Positions 1 to 11,917 of a stretch of 64,000 bases of DNA are shown one piece after another (the stretch's first letter is position 1; each line of letters starts with the position of its first letter). Under the pieces are notes generated by a model. That model was given only the letters and a program-made list of their open reading frames with translations. It had not been told where the DNA came from and made no database searches. The stretch comes from Octopus sinensis (Eukaryota). Position numbers and translations under genes: made by a program. The stretch covers positions 80,662,001 through 80,726,000 of the forward strand of contig NC_042999.1 of the NCBI RefSeq assembly GCF_006345805.1, written 5' to 3'.

Positions 1-265
1 GTCTTTGATGAAGGGATATGTCTAATATCCCAGAAACAGATGTAACGCGAACTTTCACTTTATAAATATACTGAAAATTCCACAAAGCCTTGGGTTTGAT
101 CTCTCATTCTATTTATCATATACATGCTCAAACAAAACCCGCATTAGACTCCTCACTTGTATCATTATCGAACCGAGTGTTTAACTACGGACCTTCCAGA
201 GCACTTCCATAGCGTTTCCAGCCAATTTGGGTCTCCTGGATACCAATAACTCTCATTATATATTA
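1..265 (+). mobile_element. Penelope-pLTR/retrozyme-like fragment with a degenerate hammerhead (about 1-47), cut by the window edge
   Basis: TTGATGA-A-GGGATAT(gtcta)ATATCCC-A-GAAA-CAGATG-TA: 7-bp stem II, near-palindromic stem III, stem I not well recovered. Confidence 0.45.
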
Positions 266-267
266 TT

Positions 268-338
268 CCATTCTTTTACTTGTTTCAGCCATTTGACTGC
301 GGCTATGCTGGAGTACTGCCTTTAGTCGAGCAAATCGA
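268..338 (-). mobile_element. SINE family 1, 3' tail fragment
   Basis: Reverse complement of the tail (...gctcgactaaaggc...gcagtcaaat..ctgaaacaagtaaaag) seen in the full copies at 58048 and 62568. Confidence 0.75.
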
Positions 339-527
339 GCATATAATATATACATGCACATATATATATATACACATATATATGCACACATACATATATA
401 CATATATATGTGCATGTATCTATATACTTATACCTATCTGTCTATCTACTTATCTCTCTCACTCTCATCCTCTCCCTCTTTCGACACACACACACAGAGA
501 CACACACACGCACATGCACACGCACAC

Positions 528-589
<62 letters not shown>

Positions 590-990
590 AGTAAATGGAT
601 TATTTTTCAATTATATTACAACTAAAAGTTTGTCTGTCTCCGTGTTTCTAGGCAAAGTTTCAGCTTCATCTATTTAAGATGACCGATGAAAGTGAACGAA
701 GAATAATGAAACTAATGAGTGGTGTTCGAATATACATTCGAAGTCTTCTAAGTCTTTCAATGTTTTCTCTTATCTATCTGTGCTGTAGAAAAGTCTATTC
801 GGAAATATAAAGTACATTATTGGCAAATGAATTCTCTACCATTGGTCTACATATCTTGATATATGGTTTCCTACTAAACGTTTCTTTCCTGTTAACAAAA
901 GAAAGAAAAATCAACATCATGTGGAATGTGTTGAATGATATATCCCGAAATTCAGTTTACGAAACTCATAGTTACACACAGGTACTCACA

Positions 991-1057
<67 letters not shown>

Positions 1058-1152
1058 TAAACGCGCACCCCCCCCACACACGCAAACACAGACATGCACA
1101 CACATTCATATACATACATATATATCCTTTAAACAAATTAGCACTAAAAGAT

Positions 1153-1220
<68 letters not shown>

Positions 1221-1222
<2 letters not shown>

Positions 1223-1719
1223 ATAGAAATATTAAAATAACTAAGTCTCTCTAAAAGAGAACAGCGGCAGCGTTCCCGGAAAATAATAGTTATCGCCATA
1301 CTAATATGGCATTCTTATAAAAATAAGAAAAAAGCTGTCCGCTTATTAGCTCCATGAGGCCATCGCCTTAAGTTAGCTATTTGATACACAAATTGTATCC
1401 ATATAAACTTCGAACAAGGGAGGTCAGTCGCTCCACACTACTTGACCGGCAGCTACAGACGCGTTTCGGGGTATTGCCCCTTTTCAATGAAGCGTAGCCA
1501 GCCAGTAGGTGTCGCTTCCGACAATCTCTGTTCGATGGTTTTATTTACCTAGTTTCGGTGGAATACATCCACTTGTTTTCAATAATAGAAGTATTAAAAT
1601 AACTAAGTCTCTCTAAAAGAGAACAGCGGCAGCGTTCCCGGAAAATAATAGTTATCGCCATACTAATATGGCATTCTTATAAAAATAAGAAAAAAGCTGT
1701 CCGCTTATTAGCTCCATGA
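1221..1719 (-). mobile_element. Retrozyme-like tandem repeat family A, 362-bp unit, about 1.4 copies
   Basis: taatagaa.tattaaaataactaag at 1221 and 1583; abuts (TA)n; many hairpins; contains a hammerhead. Confidence 0.85.
1452..1498 (-). ncRNA. Minimal type-I hammerhead ribozyme, U3-A8 variant
   Basis: Minus strand GCTA(cgctt)CA-TTGAAAA-GGGG(caata)CCCC-GAAA-CGCG-TC^TGTAGC. Confidence 0.75.
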
Positions 1720-1790
1720 CAGTATTCCAATCTAATCTTGTTTTCTCACACGTACACCGAGCTGTTTCACAGGCCGGCAATATTTAATCA

Positions 1791-1829
<39 letters not shown>

Positions 1830-2078
1830 GTCCCCTTGAATGTTGTTTAAGTAGGTAAAAGAAGAGTGTCCGTTCCTGGTGAACTTCAAGAAAGACGAAT
1901 CGCTTCTGTCGTTCTCGTGAATCACTGTCGTGAAGATGCTCGAATATATATATTTAGTTTCTAATACAAGTATAGGAAAAGAGTTTATCGCTGACAAATT
2001 CACCCTTCTACAGCGGATAACTTCTGTATGATACGCATAAAACGAAATGCACACAATATTCAAACAATATGTATATAT

Positions 2079-2225
2079 AGGCGCATGTACGGCTGTAGGT
2101 TAGGTAGCTTGCTTCCCGACCACATGGTTCTGGGTTCAATCCCATTGTGCGGCACCTTGGGCAAGTGCCTTCTACTATAGCTTTGTGAGTGGATTTGGTA
2201 GACGGAAACTGAAAGAGGCCCGTCG

Positions 2226-2263
<38 letters not shown>

Positions 2264-2401
2264 TATATTAAATTAGAGACAAAACCACTATTATGCAAAT
2301 CAAACAATGAAAGACTTAAGCCAATGCCAATACTATAAAATTGGATTCAATCCTAAATCTCATTTTTCCCTGTAAGTTTGGATTTATTCCCTAATATTTA
2401 T

Positions 2402-2442
<41 letters not shown>

Positions 2443-2622
2443 GTCTGTATGTATGTGTGTGTGTATGTTTGCGTGTCTGTGTTTCGTTCCTCCACCATCG
2501 CTTGACCAATAGAAGAAGTACTAGGCTTACAAACAATAAGTTCTGGGCTCGATTTGTTCCACTAAAGGTGGTGCTCCAGCATGGCCTCAGTCAAATAACT
2601 GAAACAAGTGAAAGAGTAAAAA
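2079..2622 (+). mobile_element. tRNA-derived SINE family 1 with internal microsatellite and nested insertion
   Basis: Head ...ggttctgggttcaatccc (B box), body ggatttggtagacggaaactgaaag, tail gcatggcc.cagtcaaat.actgaaacaagt; matches 58048 and 62568. Confidence 0.85.
2258..2400. mobile_element. Inverted-junction fragment of hammerhead family C (see 15620), nested in the SINE microsatellite
   Basis: 2258-2326 is the reverse complement of about 15780-15845; 2331-2398 matches about 15852-15919 directly. Confidence 0.75.
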
Positions 2623-2785
2623 ATTAAAAAGATGCATGCATGCATACATATATACATGCATATATATATTCTTTTATTTTTTACTTTTGTTCTTACTTGT
2701 TCCACTCATTCGACAGCTGTCTCTTTTGCCGCTTGAGAAGCGATGTTGGGGTGACAAAGACAGACAACAAACACACACACATACA

Positions 2786-2819
<34 letters not shown>

Positions 2820-3299
2820 ATCACACACATACACACACAGTTCATTGATAAGATCCAAATGTAATACGTATAGAATACACTCAGTAGTGCTCAAGAAATT
2901 TAAAATTGAGCATGTCTAGAAATAAATGCAGGCAAAGTTAGTAAAATATATAAAATATATTTCAAATACGTAATATGCAAAAAATATGCCTATAAATATG
3001 CATAAAAAGTACCAACCCAAATTTAATATCCCACTAAGCACTGCTATATCGACCAGCAACTTAGGCCCCACAATATCAACGCCCCTATATCTTCTCTCAT
3101 ACCTCTCTGCAAAATATATACACATATACATACACACACACACACACACACAATATATATATATATTGCGCGTAGGTTGTCGTTCTCTGTGTACACAACC
3201 GGAATATCTTATTTGATATTTATCAACCATAGGCGGGGACCACAGGTTTATCCAGCACCACGTTGTGCATATATATTTTCAAGTACCTGATTTTATCTG

Positions 3300-3408
3300 A
3301 ATCATCATCATCATCATCATCATCACAATCACCATCACCATCACCGTCACCAACACCATCGCCACCATCATCATCATCCTTATTATTATTATTATATTAT
3401 TATTATTA

Positions 3409-3452
<44 letters not shown>
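3300..3452. repeat. (CAT)n/(TAT)n microsatellite
   Basis: Direct reading. Confidence 0.95.
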
Positions 3453-3453
<1 letters not shown>

Positions 3454-4205
3454 TCTTCGTAACATAGTGTAGGTAAAGTCACAACAAGGACGTCTGACAG
3501 ATGATGTTTTCATTAAGATGTTCGCTGTGCCCAATAAGCCTGCTTTTTGCAAGACATCAATCTTGCAAGGGATTCCTAGTTGCCTTAACAGGACTTGAAG
3601 TTTCAACGTCCCGATCATCACTGGTATCACTTTTACATTACCCTCTCGCATTCCATACAGTCTTGCTATTTCCACTTTCAATTCGGAGTAATTGATGATT
3701 TTTTCAACCACTTTATTCACAACATTCATGTCATTTGGTATGGCTAAATCAATGATCTGCCAGTATTTGTCTCTCATATTCTAATATGATAATATCCGGC
3801 CGATAGATACGTCTGAAAATCATAGTCTCATAGTCTCACTGTATAACGCTCCTGTTCCTCATCTTAACAGCCCTATCACCATTTCCCTGTTCCTCCTGCC
3901 TACTCTTCTCCTTGCTTTCAACTCCGACCATCCTGTGTAACCCATCCGCAGGGTCTCTCAGACTCTCAGTAATCCGAGATTTTTCTACTCCAGTTAAGTA
4001 ACTCTTCCTCCTAATTACTCTCACTTGGTTCATTAGTTTCCTTCTGACATTGGACACGTCCTTTTCCATCCAAAATTTCAACGTACGTCACCCTACTCCA
4101 TGACTTTTTTCCAGCTTTGCTCTTTCATAACATTCAATAAGTGTATCGTACTCCTCATTCGTTCACTTATATCTGTTTTGCGCACACTGTGTATGTGATC
4201 TGTTG
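3453..4205 (-). mobile_element. Internally deleted R4/Dong-type non-LTR retrotransposon (N-terminal region fused to RLE C-terminus)
   Basis: Minus strand RPDI..., IIDLAIPNDMNV..K..EKI.NY.ELKVEIARL...VIPVMIG...LQKAGLLGTANIL is an RLE endonuclease end; MKFWMEK...LMNQVRVI is Dong-like N-terminus; flanked by (TAA)n/(TGA)n tracts. Confidence 0.8.
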
Positions 4206-4207
4206 TG

Positions 4208-4239
4208 ACATCATCATCATCATCATCATTATTATTATA

Positions 4240-4292
<53 letters not shown>

Positions 4293-4294
4293 CA

Positions 4295-4339
<45 letters not shown>

Positions 4340-4371
4340 TATTATTATTATTATTATTTATTATTATTATT
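4208..4371. repeat. (CAT)n/(TAT)n microsatellite
   Basis: Direct reading. Confidence 0.95.
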
Positions 4372-4590
4372 CAGTAGTTTTATTTTATAGCGTGCTTTCA
4401 CTTCACTAACGAGCGCAGCTCTGTTTGCCTTGGGTATGTGCTGTGATTTGTTGTGATGCTCTGATGGTTATTGTATGGAAAGTGTTCTGCGTAGGATGTG
4501 TGCAGTGCCTAGTTGTGCAATTTTCTGCATGTTATATGTGTTTGTAAGTCCTGGTGTTTTTGTTATGTATTTGTCTGAATATTTTTTTTT
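4372..4590 (-). mobile_element. 5'-truncated Dong/R4 3' end inserted in (TAA)n
   Basis: Minus translation KKYSDKYITKTPGLTNTYNMQKIAQLGTAHILRRTLSIQ* plus 3' UTR; (TAT)n on both sides. Confidence 0.8.
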
Positions 4591-4594
4591 ATTA

Positions 4595-4654
<60 letters not shown>

Positions 4655-4792
4655 CATCATTATTATGATATATGGAGGAGAATGTGTATGTTTGTGTGTG
4701 AATGTATGTATGGATGTGGTATGTATGTATGTATGTATGTATGTATGTAGATATCTAATATAACTATGAGCGTAGTGTGTGCATACATACAT

Positions 4793-4877
<85 letters not shown>

Positions 4878-5283
4878 GTGTCCAAAATCACAGTGTAGGA
4901 ATAAGATGGAGTAGGAGAAAGAGTCGTATAAGTGAAGGGAGAGGAGAGAAAATGATAATTCAGTGAAGGAGAAATAGTGAGAGAAAGTAGTAGCAATGGA
5001 GAAAGGAAGACGTGATAGACGAATATGGAAGGAAGGGGTGAGAAAATCAGTTTTTCAGTTCTGTATGAGTATATGTATGGAAAAGAAAGGTATGTCAATG
5101 TTTGCCTGTGTTGTGTGTGTGTGTGTGTGTGTTTGCAATGGAAATGGGATTGCGAACGTTCAACACTGAAAAGAAAAATCAAACAGCATTTCGACTCCGA
5201 GTATATGTGTGTATGTGTGTTCATGTACCAATGAAGTATGTGAGTGTATGTGTGATTATTATGTACCTTATTTTATACCTTAT

Positions 5284-5338
5284 TTATATATAAAATACTA
5301 CAATTAACCGTCATTTTTGACGGCACAGGGTCGGCTAG
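5284..5338 (+). mobile_element. Small Helitron-like remnant (3' hairpin plus CTAG)
   Basis: CCGTCA-tttt-TGACGG hairpin 11 nt upstream of CTAG followed by T. Confidence 0.5.
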
Positions 5339-5520
5339 TATGAATTAAAATGTAGCAGATACATTTGAAAAACTATTTGCTCCCTCTTTTTAAGAATGTG
5401 AAGAAATGAGTCAGCTCCTACTTTTTATATTTTAATTATACTTAAATGCTTGCTGCTATAATATTAATGCTTGTTTTTTTTAAAAATTATACTTAAATGC
5501 TTGTTATAATGATTATCATA

Positions 5521-5901
5521 GGCGCAGGAGTGGCTGTGTGGTAAGTAACTTGCTTAACAACCACATGGTTTCGGGTTCAGTCCCACTGTGTGGCACCTTC
5601 GGCAAAGTGTCTTCTATTATAGCTTCGGGCCGACCAAATCCTTGTGGGTGGATTTGGTAGACGGAAACTGAAAAAAGACCATCGTATATATGTATAAGTA
5701 TATATATGCGTTTGTGTGTCTGTTTGTCCCCGCAACATCGCTTAACAACCGATGCTGGTGTGTTTATATCCCCGTATTCTAGCAGATCGGTAAATGAGAC
5801 CGATATAGTAAGTACTAAGGCTTACAAAGAATAAGTCCTGGAGTCGATTTGCTCCACTAAAAGGCGGTGCTCCATCATGGTCGCAGTCAAATGACTGAAA
5901 T
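5521..5901 (+). mobile_element. tRNA-derived SINE family 1
   Basis: A box tggctgtgtgg, B box gggttcagtccc; colinear with 58048 and 62568. Confidence 0.9.
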
Positions 5902-6090
5902 GAGCTGTCAGAAATGTTAGTACGCTGGGCGAATTCTTTAGCGGCATTTTGTCTGTCTTTACGTTCTGAGTTCAAATTCTGCCGAGGTCGAATTTGCTTT
6001 TCATCTTTTCGTGATCGATAAATTAAATACCAGTTGCGAACTGGGGTCGATCTACCAAATTTCGGACCTTGCGCCTATACTAGAAAAGAA
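5902..6090 (+). mobile_element. SINE family 2
   Basis: gagct.gcagaa..gttag..cgc.gggc...gagttcaaatt..gccgaggtcga...; similar to 11918 and 62235. Confidence 0.75.
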
Positions 6091-6597
6091 TAATTATCTA
6101 TCCTGTATCCTTGCGTTTAATTTCTGAAGGCGGATGTCATTCGGATAATTTGAACAAGAAAGCTGTGCAATGCAATCTCGCAGAGAAGCCAACAAATTCT
6201 TAAAAGAACTGCTTAATACTCTAATAGAATATTAGTACATTATTAGAACGTTAGACTGCATTTCTGAAAGTGACATACCACATTTCCCTACTTGAAAATG
6301 CAAAAGCGTTCAATATATTCACTGGGTAGCTGTAGAAATAAGATACTGTTATTGCAATAGTAAAGAAGATTGATATTAGATGCTCAATATCATTGCCAAC
6401 TCAGGAGTGTAAAAAGAATTTAAGAAATCTAAAAATTGTCACGTACAGGTATTTAGATTATGGCTTTCTTTAGGTATAGATATATATACCGTGTGCTTGC
6501 ACGTGTAGGCAGGTATTCATACAAAAGAGGAAGACTATTGTAAAGGCGATATATAACATGAACTAATACAGTGTAAAATGATGTAGTTAGAAGCGAA

Positions 6598-6641
<44 letters not shown>

Positions 6642-6692
6642 AACTACTACTACTACTACTACTACAACTACAACTACTACTACTACTACTAC
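6598..6692. repeat. (ACT)n microsatellite
   Basis: Direct reading. Confidence 0.95.
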
Positions 6693-6768
6693 ACCTGTGA
6701 TTTCTGTGTATTAAGTATATATTCGTATGTTTATTTCCTACAAGTGTTTTTGAATTATATCTACATAT

Positions 6769-6818
<50 letters not shown>

Positions 6819-7004
6819 GTATATATATATAAAATTAATAGTTATCGCCATACTTAAATGGTAGTCGTATAAATATAAGACTAAAGCTGTCGCTGATTAG
6901 CTCCAAGAGGCCACCGCCTCAAGCTAGCTATTTGACATACAACCTGCTTTCATTATAAACTTTCGAACAGGGGAGGTCAGCCGCTTCATCCTGCCAGTCA
7001 GACA

Positions 7005-7047
7005 GCTGCAGACATGTTTCAGGGTATTTGCCCTTTATCAATGCAGC
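7005..7047 (-). ncRNA. Minimal type-I hammerhead ribozyme (U3-A8), intact
   Basis: GCTGCA-TTGATAA-AGGG(caaata)CCCT-GAAA-CATG-TC^TGCAGC. Confidence 0.85.
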
Positions 7048-7369
7048 GTACTCAGACCCAGCAGGTGTCGCTACTGACTGTCCCTGTTCGAAGAATCTAT
7101 TTACCTAGTTTCAGTGGAATATATCCACTTGCTTTCAATAATAGAAATATTAAAATTACAAAGTCTCTCTAAAGGAGATCACGGCAGCGTTACTGGAAAT
7201 TAATAGTTATCGCCATATTTATATGGCAGTCTTATAAATATAAGACTAAAGCTGTCGCTGATTAGCTCCAAGAGGCCACCGCCTCAAGCTAGCTATTTGA
7301 CACACAACCTGCGTCCATTATAAACTTTCGAACAGGGGTGGTCAGCCCCTTCATCCTGCCAGTCAGACA

Positions 7370-7412
7370 GCTGCAGACATGTTTGAGGGTATTTGCCCTT
7401 TATCAATGCAGC
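7370..7412 (-). ncRNA. Hammerhead copy with G12C (GAAA to CAAA), predicted inactive
   Basis: Plus strand reads gtttgaggg where the sister copies read gtttcaggg. Confidence 0.75.
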
Positions 7413-7733
7413 GTATTCAGACCCAGCAGGTGTCGCTACTGACTGTCCCTGTTCGAAGAATCTATTTACCTATTTTTCTGGAATACATCCACTTGTTTTC
7501 AATAATAGAAATATTAAAATTACTAAGTCTCTCTAAAGGAGATTACGGCAGCGTTACTGGAAATTAGTAGTTATCGCCATACTTATATGGCAGTCGTATA
7601 AATATAAGACTAAAGCTGTCGCCGATTAGCTCCAAGAGGCCACCGCCTCAAGCTAGCTATTTGACACGCAACCTGCATCCATTATAAACTTTCGAACAGG
7701 GGAGGTCAGCCGCTTCATCCTGCCAGTCAGACA

Positions 7734-7776
7734 GCTGCAGACATGTTTCAGGGTATTTGCCCTTTATCAATGCAGC
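7734..7776 (-). ncRNA. Minimal type-I hammerhead ribozyme (U3-A8), intact
   Basis: Identical motif to 7005-7047. Confidence 0.85.
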
Positions 7777-8022
7777 GTAGTCAGACCCAGCAGGTGTCGC
7801 TATTGACTGTCCCTGTTCGAAGAATCTATTTACGAAGGTTTATAATTGACGCAGGTTGTATGTCAAATAGCTAGCTTGAGGCGGTGGCCTCTTCGAGCTA
7901 ATCAGCGACAGCTTTAGTCTTATATTAATAAGACTGCCATATAAGTATGGCGATAACTATTAATTTCCAGTAACGCTGCCGTAATCTCCTTTAGAGAGAC
8001 TTAGTAATTTTAATATTTCTAT

Positions 8023-8089
<67 letters not shown>

Positions 8090-8139
8090 ACACACACACA
8101 CACACACATATATATATAATATATATATATATATATGTT

Positions 8140-8208
8140 TGGCTGAAGAAGGTAAAGTAAATATGGGTGAGAGACATATCTTGCAAAACCTGAAACCTGC
8201 AGGTACCA
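8140..8208 (+). ncRNA. Type-I hammerhead ribozyme with extended stem II and palindromic stem III
   Basis: TGG-CTGAAGA-AGGT..GTAA-ATATG..CATAT-c-TTGC..ACCT-GAA-ACCTGCAGGT-A^CCA. Confidence 0.8.
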
Positions 8209-8577
8209 CATTATCCATTTTCCGGGTGTTTCATCTTTCAGATGTTCTCCCTGGCGGTAAGACGGTTTTTTTTTTTTTTTTCTCTATTTTGTTGCACACA
8301 CGCATTTTTACTAATACATACGCGGTGAAGCTACACTTTAGCGTCGTATTTTTACGTTCGCTATTTCCAGTAAATATCGGTACTTTGTTGTGCCATTTAT
8401 TTACTAATTTGTGTATTTTTCCCTCACGGGCTACTTTTTACTGGAAGGCAATACTTTGTATTGCATTACTGATATTTGAAACTTCTTCACCGTTTCTCGT
8501 ACTGTTAGCGTTCCGTATTTCAGTCGAGTGTGTTAGTATTTATGTGGTAACATCGTAGTTTCGTCTTGGTATACGTT

Positions 8578-8646
8578 TGGCTGAAGAAGGTAAAGTAAAT
8601 ATGGGTGAGAGACATATCTTGCAAAACCTGAAACCTGCAGGTACCA
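8578..8646 (+). ncRNA. Type-I hammerhead ribozyme, second copy of family B
   Basis: Identical to 8140-8208. Confidence 0.8.
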
Positions 8647-8850
8647 CATTATCCATTTTCCGGGTGTTTCATCTTTCAGATGTTCTCCCTGGAGGTAAGA
8701 CGGTTTTTTTTTTTTTTTTTCTCTATTTTGTTGCACACACGCATTTTTACTAATACATACGCGGTGAAGCTACACTTTAGCGTCGTATTTTTACGTTCGC
8801 TATTTCCAGTAAATATCGGTACTTTGTTGTGCCATTTATTTACTAATTTG

Positions 8851-8883
<33 letters not shown>

Positions 8884-8930
8884 CATTTATGTCATATTTC
8901 GTTTATTGTCTTTTTATTAATCCTGAAAAA

Positions 8931-8988
<58 letters not shown>

Positions 8989-9051
8989 CCTGCTTATACA
9001 TATGTACATATATTATACATACATATATATACATGTAAAAGTATGCATACC

Positions 9052-9110
<59 letters not shown>

Positions 9111-9174
9111 ATATATATATATATATGTGTATGTTTGTATGTATGTATTTATATATAGGTATACGTACTTTTGT

Positions 9175-9490
9175 GAAGACACGTGGCTTAGTGGTTAGAG
9201 CATTCGGCTCACGATTGTAAGGTCGTGAGTTAGATTCCTGGTGACCCGTTGTGTCCTCGACACTTTATTTCACGTTGCTTCAGTCCACTCAGCTGGCAAA
9301 ACTGCGTTGTACCTGCATTTCAAAGGGCCGGCCTTGTCACACTTTGTGTCACGCTGAATCTCCTTGAGAACTATGCTAGGGGTACGCGTGTCTGTGGATT
9401 GCTCAGTCACTTGGACGTTAATTTCATGAGCAGGCTGTTCCGTTAATAGTATCAGCTGGGACCCTCGTCGTCGTAACCGACGGAGCGCTC
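9175..9490 (+). mobile_element. tRNA-derived SINE family 3
   Basis: tggcttagtggttagagc (A box) and gtgagttagattcc (B-box-like); reverse-complement match to 30845-31147. Confidence 0.85.
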
Positions 9491-9779
9491 TCACATACTT
9501 TTATATGTATACTTATTAATATATATATATTATGTATGTACATATGTAGGAGCAACGGAAACACACCTCGACAATGGATGACGCCACGTAGTCCAAATTT
9601 TGCCAGTGACCTACTCACACTTCAACACACTAATCGACATATGGTTATTAGTCATACAAAACAATATATATGTAGACCGACATGGCAGAAGTAAATAGAC
9701 AACGTTATATACATTAAAATATATTTTATATTTGAAATTCTATATTCAAATTATTTATTACTTATTATGATGCGAATAT

Positions 9780-10840
9780 CTAATATTTAGTAGACATGCC
9801 CTTTGCATTTTCTTAATAAATGGATCCAGTATGGCCACTAATCAGATGACGAATATTCTCTTGCGAAATTTCTTGCCACGTTTAATGTCCTCTCCATTAT
9901 ACCTCAGAGGTATTCAATAGGGTTCGTATCTGGTAACTTGCGTGGCTATGGAAGCTTTATAATGCCATTCTTTTCCAACCAATCTTAGGTATGTTTAGCC
10001 GTGTGACAAAGAGCCCAATCTTCCATAAAGAAAGAGTTTTTTTTAATCATTTCACCATTGAAGAAGATTGGAAGGATTCCTTTCTGCAATATGGGCACAT
10101 ATTTATCAGAGTTTATGGTTTCATCACAGTCCACTGCTCCAAATTGCTCCTCAGACAATCCCGGAATAGCTGCCTTGTTTCATTGTTGGCAGTAATCTTT
10201 TCATGTCAAATTCTCGGTCACAGAGTCTCCAAACCCAGACTCGACCACTGTCAGAAAATACAGCAAATCAGGACTCAACACAGAATATGACAGTGTTCCA
10301 AAATGCTAGTGGCCACTAGATCATCTCATTGGCCCAATGTTTTGTCCACTTGATGTAGGCTGGTGGAAGAAGTGTCTTCCTTCTTGTTATTCTACCATAG
10401 TAGCCAAGTTTATGTAGATAGCTGACGGCTATTCTGGGACAGCCATCAATTTGTTCTGCGATGTCAGAGTCCTTGCAATGAGGATTGTCCTCTACAATTC
10501 AATTAACAAAGCAAAGGTTCCCATCAGAGGGCCCTGGTCGAACTGGGCAAAATGATGTGGACTCCTTACGCTCTCTGGTTAATTGCACAATCACCTTATT
10601 AACTGTAGAAAGAGAGATGGCAAGGTTTTCTGCGATTTTCCGCTAAGTCCACCTTCAGACTGTCACATAGTGCGGCATCTTTGAAATTTGGACAGTTCCA
10701 AAGTTTCTTTTGTACGTGGCATAATTAAACAGTCACATATAGAACCTGAAACATAAAAATGTCCATTAATAGAAAATATAAATCTTTTCAAGTTAAACAT
10801 AAAACGATATTTTATGGGGTGTCTACTTTTATCACATCTG
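9780..10840 (-). mobile_element. Tc1-family DNA transposon remnant (disrupted transposase 10722 to 9780)
   Basis: Minus strand MPRTKE...ELS.FQR..I, LHKLGYYGR..RRKTLL, FWNTVIF and terminal GMSTKY*; 5' end CAGATGTGATAAAAGTAGACACCCC is TIR-like. Confidence 0.75.
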
Positions 10841-10891
10841 TGTATATATATGTGTGTGTGTGTTTGTGAGTGTGTATGTAGTGTGTGTAGT

Positions 10892-10942
<51 letters not shown>

Positions 10943-11917
10943 TATGTGTATACGTTGGTAAAAGGGTGTATGAGGCTTTCGAAATGCACACTAGATGCAA
11001 CCACATAAAGGTAAGAGACACAAACAAAGCAGCTTGGTACATGTCACTGCTGCCTCACTATTCTAGGATAACCAATTAGAGAGGGAGAGAGTGAGTGAGA
11101 GAGAGAGAGAGAGAGAGAGAGTTCCGGGACATAAATCTGAAAGAAGCATTGACCATAATATACTAAAAAACTGAACTGAAGGAGAATACTAAATTTAAAA
11201 TAACAAATAGGAGTAGCTTGAAGTTTTGTGTTAAGTATGTATGGCGATTCGAGTGTATGTCGTGTGTGGGCACATGTGCTTAGGTATACATGTCCAAACT
11301 CAAATATACATATATATATATGTGTGTGTGTGTGTGCTATATGTTTATAAGCATATACATATGTATGCACATTTGTGTATTGATGTATATATTACATGTA
11401 TGCCAGTATACATATTGTAAATATATGTGTGTGTGCGTGTGTGTGCGTGTGTGTGCGTGTTTATGTGAGTGTGTGTGCATGTGTGTGTATGCGCGTGTGA
11501 ATGCATACGCGTCTATGTGCCGTTTATGAGTGCACTCCCGTGTGTGCAATTTCTGTATAACGAGCGCTTAGCGTTCTGCGTTATCATTAAAACTGAACCG
11601 TATGGCGTTAATTCCCGTTTAGACGTACATTCTGCCGACAAATTATTCTTGTGTACAGATTTCGTCATTATAAAAAAATACTTCGGGGCTTCATCATTTA
11701 AATGGTTAAGAAACCTCGTTCTTTACACATACGTGCTTTACTCATACGGATTTGTGTCTCTTAACTGAAATGAAACTTATTTATAATCGGGAACATCATT
11801 GCTTTTCTTCCGAGCAACTAATTTGGGATATACGCTGAAGCGTAGTATTCTTGAATACTAACTTAAACGATGCACATCAGCATATCAAAGTATCAAAATT
11901 TAAACCGATACTAACGT

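Larger units (their letters stand above)
6832..8024 (-). mobile_element. Retrozyme-like family A, subfamily 2: about 2.7 tandem 364-365-bp units (6832-7833) plus an inverted partial unit (7834-8024)
   Basis: gttatcgccata at 6841, 7206 and 7570; 7834-8024 is the reverse complement of the unit; both ends abut (TA)n; homologous to 1221-1719. Confidence 0.9.
8137..8851 (+). mobile_element. Retrozyme-like tandem repeat family B, 438-bp unit, about 1.6 copies
   Basis: ctgaagaaggtaaag at 8143 and 8581, near-identical units, embedded in (TA)n. Confidence 0.9.

Noticed and set aside
6832-7833. Tandem units as CRISPR array or plain satellite
   Set aside because: No unique spacers and a eukaryotic context; the hammerhead content and inverted junction fit retroelements better
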